Assembly (NCBI GenBank): GCA_024231955.1
Contig: JAAEPZ010000538.1
Location: 435,340-499,339, forward strand
Length of the DNA stretch: 64,000 nucleotides
Source: a bacterium
GTDB lineage: Bacteria > Krumholzibacteriota > Krumholzibacteriia > JACNKJ01
Direction: 5' to 3'
In this document: in pieces, positions 57,285-64,000 of the stretch
Layout: each line of letters starts with the position of its first letter
Position numbering within the stretch: the first letter of the stretch is position 1
Translations under genes and position numbers: made by a program
The notes under the pieces: model-generated
Seen by the model: only the letters and a program-made list of their open reading frames with translations
The model's database searches: none
Told to the model about the DNA's origin: nothing

Positions 57285-59675
57285 TCAGTTACGCAACGGT
57301 TTGCCCGTTTTCAGCATATGCTGCATCCGTTCGAGCGTTTTCCGCTCGCCCAACAGCGAGAGGAAGGCCTCACGCTCCAGGTCCAGCAGGTACTGCTCGC
57401 TCACATTCTGCGTGCCGCTGAGGTCGCCGCCGCACAACACATGGGCCAGCTTGAGGCCTATCAGGCGATCGTGTGCGCTGATGAAGTTGCCCTCCAGCAT
57501 ATTGAAGAGCCCGGCCTCAAGCACCGCTCTCCCCGCACGACCCGCAACCGGGATATCCATACGTGGACTGCCGGGGTCGAACCCCGCATTGGCCAGACCC
57601 AGGACAGTCGCTTTGGCATCGCTGATCTGGCGGTCCCGGTTCATGGTGACATCATCGGTAGCGCGGAGAAAGTTGAGATTGCGCGCATCGACCGCACTTG
57701 TAGCCACCTTCGCCATGCCTATGGTCTCGAATGTCTTGCGCAGGGGCGGGATCAGGTTATCGCCCCCGTCCCAATGCTCCAGATTGCGCAGGTAGAGCTC
57801 TTTGCTCCCTCCGGCGGCGGGGATCACGCCAACGCCCACCTCCACCAGACCGATGTAGGTTTCGGCATGGGGGCGGGCACGAGTGCCGTGAAGCGTGAAC
57901 TCGGCGCCACCGCCCAGTGTCAAACCGAAGGGGGCGACGACAACCGGCTTGCGCGAGTACTTGATCGCCTGCGTGGTGTTCTGAAAAGCGGCGATCATCA
58001 GATTCAGATCCTCCCAGTTCCCCTCCAACGCCTCGAGCAGGACCAGCATCAGGTTGGCGCCGACCGAGAAGTTCTCCCCCTGGTTGCCGATGACCAGACC
58101 CGCCCAGTCACCCTCCTCCATCTTCTTCAGAGACTGGTTCGTCAAGCCCATGATGTCGCCGGCGATGGTGTTCATCTTGGAGTGGAACTCCAGATTGAGC
58201 ACACCCTCACCCAGATCGATGAGACTGGCGCCGGCATTGCCTTGCAACTCGGCGCCCGCCTGCTTGAGATATGTGAGCCGAATCTTGCCCGGCTCCACCG
58301 GCGGGGTTTCGTATTCGCCGCGCCCGGGATGCCAGACACCGCGACTGCCATCCTGCAGGCGATAGAAACTCTCGCCGCCCGCGGCCAGCATCGCGTCGAC
58401 CCAGGGTGGAGGCGTCAGGCCGTCGCTCTTCATCCGCTTGAGCACCTGCCCGACACCCATGGCGTCCCAGAGCTCGAAGGGGCCGACCTCCCAGCCGAAG
58501 CCCCACGTCAGGCCATCGTCGATTGGGACCGGTGTGGCGCAAATCTCTCCGACGCGGTTGGCGCAGTAGATGAACAGGCGGCTCAGGGTCCGCCAGGTGA
58601 ACTCGGCGGCGCGTCCGCGTCCCAGGGCGAGGGCAGCCGTTCGCTTCTTGACGTCCTGGATCAACTTGAACGATTCCAGTTCCGGGAATTTCGGTTTCAG
58701 TCGATCGCGGTATTTCAGCGTGGCGAGATCCAGCGTCAGGATCTTGCGTTTGCCCCGTTCGTCGCGACTCTTCTTGTAGAAGCCGCCGCCCGATTTGTCG
58801 CCGAGGAGATTCGCCTCAATCATCTTCTGCAGAAGAGGATGTGTGCGGAACAGATCGCGTGCTTCATCATCGGGACACCCGTGATAGACATTGCCCGCCA
58901 CGGCCATGAATGTGTCGAGGCCGACGAGGTCGGCGGTGCGGAAGCTGGCGCTCCGGGGGCGCCCGACCAGCGGGCCGGTGAGTCGATCCACCTCTTCGGG
59001 CGTGAGATCCAGTTCGATCATGGCGGTTATCGCATCCAGCAGCCCGAAAACACCAACGCGGTTGGCCACGAAATTAGGCGTGTCGGCGGCCAGAACCACC
59101 CCTTTGCCCAGCCGGCGGTCGACAAAGTCGTGCAGTAATTCGGTTACGGCCGGATCGGTGTCCGGCGTTGCGATGATTTCAAGCAGCTTGAGATAGCGGG
59201 GCGGATTGAAGAAGTGGGTGCCCAGGAAGCAGCGGCGGAAATCAGCGTCCAGCCCCTCGGCCATGGCCGCGATGGAGAGCCCCGACGTGTTGCTGCTGAC
59301 GATGCTGCCCGGGCGTCGCCGCCTGGCGACCTCCGTCAGAATCTGACGCTTGATCTCGGGATCCTCCTTCACGACCTCGATGATCCAGTCGACCTCGCCG
59401 ATCCGGTGGAGGTCGTCATCGAAGTTGCCGACCTCGATCATCTCCGCCAACGCGTTGTCGAAGAGGGGGGCGGGTTTTGCCCGCAGACATCGATTCAGAG
59501 CTTCACGCGCCAGGCGGTTGCGCGCCGCCGGCTGGCTCTTTTGCTCCTCCGGCAGATCGGGCGGCAGAATATCAAGCATGATTGAGGGGACACCGGCATT
59601 GGCGAGATGGGAGGCGATCGCACTGCCCATCACTCCGCTTCCAAGAACCGCCGCTCTCTTGATTGTGGTCACCAT
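57285..59675 (-). CDS. fadN: Bifunctional 3-hydroxyacyl-CoA dehydrogenase / enoyl-CoA hydratase (FadN-type order: HCDH N-terminal, ECH C-terminal)
   Basis: Start ATG 59673-59675 (GGAGG 5 nt upstream), giving MVTTIKRAAVLGSGVMGSAIASHLA (Rossmann GxGxxG). C-terminal crotonase fold (VVVAPFGLTLGGGAEF). Confidence 0.85.
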   Translation of the reverse strand: MVTTIKRAAVLGSGVMGSAIASHLANAGVPSIMLDILPPDLPEEQKSQPAARNRLAREALNRCLRAKPAPLFDNALAEMIEVGNFDDDLHRIGEVDWIIEVVKEDPEIKRQILTEVARRRRPGSIVSSNTSGLSIAAMAEGLDADFRRCFLGTHFFNPPRYLKLLEIIATPDTDPAVTELLHDFVDRRLGKGVVLAADTPNFVANRVGVFGLLDAITAMIELDLTPEEVDRLTGPLVGRPRSASFRTADLVGLDTFMAVAGNVYHGCPDDEARDLFRTHPLLQKMIEANLLGDKSGGGFYKKSRDERGKRKILTLDLATLKYRDRLKPKFPELESFKLIQDVKKRTAALALGRGRAAEFTWRTLSRLFIYCANRVGEICATPVPIDDGLTWGFGWEVGPFELWDAMGVGQVLKRMKSDGLTPPPWVDAMLAAGGESFYRLQDGSRGVWHPGRGEYETPPVEPGKIRLTYLKQAGAELQGNAGASLIDLGEGVLNLEFHSKMNTIAGDIMGLTNQSLKKMEEGDWAGLVIGNQGENFSVGANLMLVLLEALEGNWEDLNLMIAAFQNTTQAIKYSRKPVVVAPFGLTLGGGAEFTLHGTRARPHAETYIGLVEVGVGVIPAAGGSKELYLRNLEHWDGGDNLIPPLRKTFETIGMAKVATSAVDARNLNFLRATDDVTMNRDRQISDAKATVLGLANAGFDPGSPRMDIPVAGRAGRAVLEAGLFNMLEGNFISAHDRLIGLKLAHVLCGGDLSGTQNVSEQYLLDLEREAFLSLLGERKTLERMQHMLKTGKPLRN

Positions 59676-59811
59676 CTGAACCTCCACTCGGGATATTACG
59701 TATTTGATATTCTGCTGTCAGGTCGGGGTGTTCGTCAATGGCTCATTCAATTTGCGATACATGTTGCTGCGCCTGGACTCTATCTGGCCTTGTGTGGGGC
59801 CTCCATCCTGA

Positions 59812-59843
59812 AATGAAAAAGGTCCGGGATGAACTCCCGGACC
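59812..59843 (-). terminator. Rho-independent terminator after the 59878..61071 gene (minus strand)
   Basis: On the minus strand GGTCCGGGAG-ttcat-CCCGGACC followed by TTTTTCATTTC. Confidence 0.6.
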
Positions 59844-59877
59844 CGTCCTGTACCTGATGTCTGTTAGCGGTGAACCG

Positions 59878-61071
59878 TCAGTACAGACTTTTGATCGTGC
59901 TCCAGTTCTGCTTCTGGGCGGCGATTTCGCCGCAATCGACAATGCGTGAACCCATCAGTTCGCCGCAAGCGCCGGATGCTCTGCATGGGGAATTGCTCTG
60001 CAGGTAGTAATTGCCGCTGCTGTTTGTGCCGCAGAATCGGGGATTGAGGCAGAGATTGCTGTTGGTGTCCTTTTGCGCGACAATTGCCGGAACCCAGTTA
60101 TAGGTGTCCGTCTCGTTGACGTTGCCGAAGATGTCGGTGCAGGTGATCGTCGCCGTTCCCGAACCGAGGTATAGACCCTCAACCAATGTGTTGTAGGCAA
60201 TGATGCATTTCGTGATCTCCACTGCGGACGCACCGGTGATCGACAGACCGGATCCAGGATTGGATGATCCGTTTTCGACGATCGTGCAACTGGTGATCGT
60301 GGGTGACGATGACTCGCATCTGATGCCGCCGCCAAAACCGCCGCCGTAGTTGCCGTAGATAGTCAGCAACGTCATCTGGGCATCGCTGTCGCTGTTGAGG
60401 TAGAACGCCGCGCCGTCACCGGTGGATGTGTTCTCGTTGATGTTGCTGTGATTGAACGTGAACGGGGAGTTGTCGGCATAGATGCCGCCACCGGCGCTGC
60501 TGGTGGTGTTGTTCTCGATGATGCAGTCCTGGATTGACGGTGTCGAACCTTCAATCAGTATGCCGCCGCCATTGCCGGCTCCGGTTGTCGTGTTCGTGGT
60601 GATGGTCGTCAGAGACAGTGTGGGAGTCGAACCGTTGATGCAGGCCATCCCGCCACCACCACCCGCGGATGTGTTGTTGCGAATGATGCAGTTTTCGATG
60701 CTCGGTGAGCTGTTGTCCAGCAGGATGCCGGCACCCTTGTCGGCACCTGTGGTCACACCGCCTTTGATGGTGAAGCCGACGATGCTGGCGGTATTGTCGA
60801 CTGCAGTACAGATGATGGCTCGCCCCGCGCCGTTGGCGTCAATGGTCGCACAGTAAGCGCCGCCCGTGTTGCTGGTCAGCGTGACGCCGGATTTCATCAC
60901 AAGGTCATTTTCCAGGTAGACGCCGCAAGCTACGAGGACAATGTCACCCGAGGTTGCGGCTGCCAGAGCCGCAGCGATTGTGCCGTAGGTACCGGGAACA
61001 TCGAGGGTAGCTGCAGAACCTGCAGTCGCCAGGCAGAGAAGCAATAGAGTCATGATAGCTTTGAAGCGCAT
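59878..61071 (-). CDS. Secreted right-handed parallel beta-helix (PbH1/pectate-lyase-like) repeat protein ending ...NWSTIKSLY
   Basis: GGAGG RBS. Signal peptide MRFKAIMTLLLLCLATAGSAA. Repeated I..C.I.NN.....GGG units (CIIRNNTSAGGGGG, CIIENNTTSSAGGG, CTIVENGSS). C-terminal tail shared with three other proteins. Confidence 0.65.
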   Translation of the reverse strand: MRFKAIMTLLLLCLATAGSAATLDVPGTYGTIAAALAAATSGDIVLVACGVYLENDLVMKSGVTLTSNTGGAYCATIDANGAGRAIICTAVDNTASIVGFTIKGGVTTGADKGAGILLDNSSPSIENCIIRNNTSAGGGGGMACINGSTPTLSLTTITTNTTTGAGNGGGILIEGSTPSIQDCIIENNTTSSAGGGIYADNSPFTFNHSNINENTSTGDGAAFYLNSDSDAQMTLLTIYGNYGGGFGGGIRCESSSPTITSCTIVENGSSNPGSGLSITGASAVEITKCIIAYNTLVEGLYLGSGTATITCTDIFGNVNETDTYNWVPAIVAQKDTNSNLCLNPRFCGTNSSGNYYLQSNSPCRASGACGELMGSRIVDCGEIAAQKQNWSTIKSLY

Positions 61072-61256
61072 TTCAGCCTCCAGGGTGATCAGTTACAGGA
61101 CCGGCCACACTCAGGCAAACGCCATGAATCGAAGTACCGGCTTTTGTGAAATCGGCACTTATTCAGAACGGGTTGAGCGCTTTGTTGGCAAATAGAGTGG
61201 CTGAAACAGAGATTCTATGACCGGCGGAAACGATAAGGAAGAATGGGGAAGGGGGA

Positions 61257-63065
61257 TCAGGGCTTGCGGGGAATTTCGCCATGTACTTCCGGTTTGACGA
61301 AAACCGTTTTCTCCCGAGTACACTGCGCCAGACCCGGAACGGCCTTGCGGGGTTTGCGCACATAGCGCTTCTCCGTGTAGATGACCGGCACCAGATCCGA
61401 GTGCCGAGCCCGGCTGTGGAAGGCTGCAATTGCTGCAGTAGCCTCGATTATGGCTGCGGGCGGACCGCTTTTGTGCCCTCCGGTTCTCAGGATCACGTGA
61501 CTTCCCGGTACGCCCGCCGCGTGAAACCACAGGTCGTGCTGTGCGGCGTGCTTGTGGGTGAGAGTATCGTTCTCCTTGTTGTTCCGTCCAACGAGAACCA
61601 CCCAGTCGCCGCGCAACGTGTAGCGACGGAATGGCGTCGGGACGGGTGCCGCGGCCGGCTTAGAACGGGGACTGGGTGCATCGAGCAGAGAGGTTCTGGC
61701 CCCCAGGTCGAGCAGGGCGTCCCGCAGGGCGGCGATATCGTCGGTTTCCAGACTCCGGCTGGCGGCCAGTGCGGGCAACTCCTGATGCAGGCACTCCTCA
61801 TCCTCGGCGATGCGTGTGCGGACCTCCTCCAGCCTGAGCTCGATTGTCTGCAACCCTCGCTCGCCCTTGGCCGCCTGTTTGTATAGACGGTCGAGATTGT
61901 CCTGGGGGCTCTTGGCCGGATTGAGTTTGATCTCCAGCAGTTTGTCGCCGCCATGGATGTCCTCCAGTCGAACTGCCGATTCTCCCCTGGGGATATTCAT
62001 CAGATGAGCGGCGAGAGTGTCCGCCTTGCGCCGCATGTCGCCGGCGTCGGCGGCCTTCTCCCAATCCAGTTCCATATTGGCCTGCAGCCGCTTGTTGCGC
62101 GCCAGGCGCTGATGAAGCGCCTTTTCGATTGTGAGCAGCAGTTCATTCATCTGCAGGCGCGCCAGACAATTCCGTCCCATGAAGTTGATCGCCTCGACGA
62201 AATCGGGGAAACAGGCGTTGTCAATCGCCTGCTCAATCAGATTTTTGGAAAGGTACTTGTCGATGTTGAAGGGGTAGACCTGGCAGCTGCGATTGACTCC
62301 GGGTGCGTAGGAGAGAATATGAACCGGCAGTCGGCCCTGGCGGCTTTTGTCGATCCAGCGGGCCAGGCGTCGAGCCAGCACACCCTCCGGTTCCCGGTTG
62401 AGATGTGAGCGCTCTCTCTGCGCCAGAAAACGGACGGAGTCGGATTTGAAACCGCGGATGCCGCGGCAGACATCATCCGCCAACGGCTTGTCGCCACCGA
62501 TGCGGACCCGATCCAGCACCTCATGAGGCCATTCGGAGAAGTATGAGGCGGGAAGAGGCAATTCTTGCCCGAATTCAGTCAAATCGGTCGCACCACTCAA
62601 GTACTGGGCACCCGGTTTGTAGTGCTTGCCCCCCTTCCGGCTGGCCCTGATTACGGTGTGGTCACTATCGGTGAGGATGATGCGGCCGCCGGCGAAGAAT
62701 TCGACGAAAAGGTGTAAGGGGCTGTCGTCTTTGAAGTTGCCGCCTCCGGCAAAGTCAAGGCGCAGCAAGCTTTGTCCAACAGGCACTCCTGCGCCCAGAA
62801 AGATTGAACCCTCGAGATGGGGCGGGAGAAAGGAGAAGTCGTGGCGAGTGTCTTGGAATTGAATATGCTCAAATTCCTGTTTGAGCGTCGTATCAAGATG
62901 AAATCCCTGCACGCTTTGATGCAGGTGGATCACCAGATTTTCAGATTCTCGATGTGTATTGAAGACAATGACTGCGACGGGTCCATTCCATGTCACCCTG
63001 TCTACCCGCATGCCCTGCAGACGGTCGAACAATGGGGAGGCCATTAAAAGGCTTGGGAAGTCCAT
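61257..63065 (-). CDS. NFACT-family RNA-binding protein (RqcH/FbpA homolog; ribosome quality control)
   Basis: Start ATG 63063-63065 (GGAGA 8 nt upstream). N-terminal NFACT-N, central coiled coil, C-terminal DUF814/NFACT-R (LWFHAAGVPGSHVIL). Length ~600 aa. Confidence 0.7.
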   Translation of the reverse strand: MDFPSLLMASPLFDRLQGMRVDRVTWNGPVAVIVFNTHRESENLVIHLHQSVQGFHLDTTLKQEFEHIQFQDTRHDFSFLPPHLEGSIFLGAGVPVGQSLLRLDFAGGGNFKDDSPLHLFVEFFAGGRIILTDSDHTVIRASRKGGKHYKPGAQYLSGATDLTEFGQELPLPASYFSEWPHEVLDRVRIGGDKPLADDVCRGIRGFKSDSVRFLAQRERSHLNREPEGVLARRLARWIDKSRQGRLPVHILSYAPGVNRSCQVYPFNIDKYLSKNLIEQAIDNACFPDFVEAINFMGRNCLARLQMNELLLTIEKALHQRLARNKRLQANMELDWEKAADAGDMRRKADTLAAHLMNIPRGESAVRLEDIHGGDKLLEIKLNPAKSPQDNLDRLYKQAAKGERGLQTIELRLEEVRTRIAEDEECLHQELPALAASRSLETDDIAALRDALLDLGARTSLLDAPSPRSKPAAAPVPTPFRRYTLRGDWVVLVGRNNKENDTLTHKHAAQHDLWFHAAGVPGSHVILRTGGHKSGPPAAIIEATAAIAAFHSRARHSDLVPVIYTEKRYVRKPRKAVPGLAQCTREKTVFVKPEVHGEIPRKP

Positions 63066-63197
63066 GGAATCATTCTCCACGCTTCAGCCGGACGAGAAAC
63101 CGGCCGAAACAATAAACAGGACGGTTTGCACTTCGGAGCACCCGAAGATGCGCACCTGGCCTGATCCGATGTTAGAGACAGGAGAAGCTAGCACGCA

Positions 63198-64000
63198 ATG
63201 AAATTGATCGCAAGCGAACGTCGTCGGTTTACTTTGCTGAACTCGGCATTATTCGGATGTCTCTTTCTCATTCTTCTGGTAGCGGTTTCGCCGGCGCTGG
63301 GCCAGGAAGATGATGATGGCGACGGGCTGACCGATATCGAAGAGGCTGCCGTGGGTACCGATTCACTGGATGTCGATTCCGATGACGACGGTGTTTTCGA
63401 CGGCGATGAGATTCAATGGAGCACCGATACCGATCTTGACGGACTAGTGAATGCCCTGGACCCGGACAGCGATAACGACGGGCTGACCGACGGCGAGGAG
63501 GTCAACGGCCTCGGCACGAATATGGTGCAGAGCGACAGCGATTCCGACGGACTCGACGATTACTTCGAGGTTCATGTCTCGGGTACGAATCCCGCCAGCA
63601 ATGACAGCGATGGCGATGGCATGGACGATGCCGAGGAGATTATCGCAGGCACCGATGGACTCGTGACCAACCCCTGGCTAGCCGACACCGATGGGGACGG
63701 TCTCACGGACTTCGATGAAAGACCCGTAGCTATCGGGACGAACGCGACGCTCTGGGATACCGACGCCGATGGACTCAGCGATTACGAGGAGATCTATACT
63801 GCGGCCGATGGCTATGTCACCAATCCGCTGATCAGCGATAGCGATGCCGACGGCCTGTCCGATGGCCGGGAATTCAATTACGGCACCGATCCCATGTCGG
63901 CCGATACGGACACAGACGGACTCAATGACCTCCAGGAGATCTCCACTTACGGTACTAGTCCTCTGCTTGTCGATACCGATGGCGATGGTCTGGATGACCG
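63198..64000 (+). CDS. Thrombospondin type 3 (TSP3) repeat calcium-binding secreted protein, N-terminal part; runs off the window end
   Basis: Signal peptide LFGCLFLILLVAVSPALG followed by at least 14 D.D.DGL.D..E repeats (DSDDDGVFDGDE, DSDNDGLTDGEE, DTDGDGLTDFDE...). The ORF is open at position 64000. Confidence 0.7.
   Translation, partial: MKLIASERRRFTLLNSALFGCLFLILLVAVSPALGQEDDDGDGLTDIEEAAVGTDSLDVDSDDDGVFDGDEIQWSTDTDLDGLVNALDPDSDNDGLTDGEEVNGLGTNMVQSDSDSDGLDDYFEVHVSGTNPASNDSDGDGMDDAEEIIAGTDGLVTNPWLADTDGDGLTDFDERPVAIGTNATLWDTDADGLSDYEEIYTAADGYVTNPLISDSDADGLSDGREFNYGTDPMSADTDTDGLNDLQEISTYGTSPLLVDTDGDGLDD

Noticed and set aside
54314-59138. Plus-strand ORFs 54314..56440, 56444..57421 and 57318..59138
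   Set aside because: Antisense shadows of fadE, fadA and fadN. The minus-strand products carry canonical thiolase, ACAD and HCDH motifs.
59688-59810. FadR (TetR-type) operator TGAATGA-N-TCATTCA upstream of fadN
   Set aside because: Only one good half-site (TTGAATGA) is present and the partner half matches 5/7. Too weak to call.
48907-61071. WS..LY tail as a BAM beta-signal or a T9SS/sortase-type tag
   Set aside because: Hydrophobic residues do not alternate at positions -2/-4/-6 as in OMP beta-signals. There is no TM helix plus basic cluster (sortase/exosortase-type). Eight residues is far too short for a T9SS CTD. None of the known tags fits, which is why it is reported as a candidate new tag rather than assigned.

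Overview
High-GC (~65% by eye) bacterial chromosomal segment that is almost entirely coding on both strands. I found no rRNA, tRNA, CRISPR array or transposase/integrase. Gene content points to an anaerobic or microaerophilic organism carrying a type IX secretion system: one large protein ends in a textbook T9SS C-terminal sorting domain, and there is a dense peroxide/O2/NO detoxification cluster. Modules in order: (1) 5' edge: partial M16 zinc peptidase (minus strand), then a KAP P-loop NTPase fused to an FGE-sulfatase (SUMF1/FGS) domain, a divergent adenylate-kinase-like gene, an FG-GAP lipoprotein, and a beta-lactamase-family serine hydrolase with TPR repeats. (2) Convergent agmatinase/arginase-family gene, then a tightly coupled plus-strand operon: SxtJ-like membrane protein, carbamoyltransferase, SxtK/DUF5989-like mini-protein, CdsA-like cytidylyltransferase, PlsC-like acyltransferase fused to a Tmk-like P-loop kinase, and a DAGK-type lipid kinase. 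(3) Hypothetical secreted protein plus a 1008-aa T9SS cargo protein. (4) Minus-strand signalling pair: FHA-domain sensor histidine kinase upstream of a Ser/Thr kinase with TPR repeats. (5) Minus-strand redox-stress region: hcp, ferredoxin and an Rrf2 regulator, then a nine-gene run perR-ftn-prx-dfx-rbr-ferritin-like-fprA-rubrerythrin-like-rubredoxin (the 53-aa rubredoxin is absent from the ORF track). (6) Divergent from perR: an HAO-family octaheme cytochrome c and a membrane hexaheme cytochrome, followed by a sensor kinase and a sigma54-dependent response regulator. (7) A perfect sigma54 -24/-12 promoter in front of a heavy-metal efflux operon (Cys-rich metal-binding lipoprotein, TolC-like OMP, CusB-like adaptor, CusA/CzcA-like RND pump). 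(8) SDR oxidoreductase. (9) An AT-richer accessory patch: four secreted proteins of three unrelated architectures that all end in the octapeptide W-S-[GT]-[IL]-[KR]-[AS]-L-Y-COOH. Two of them are ~0.8 kb duplicated gene+promoter units flanking thiI and a NifS-like cysteine desulfurase. (10) A Bacillus-like fadN-fadA-fadE beta-oxidation operon with clear intrinsic terminators, an NFACT/RqcH-family gene, and a partial TSP3-repeat calcium-binding protein at the 3' edge. Many long ORFs in the track are antisense shadows of these genes, which is expected at high GC; I did not call them.
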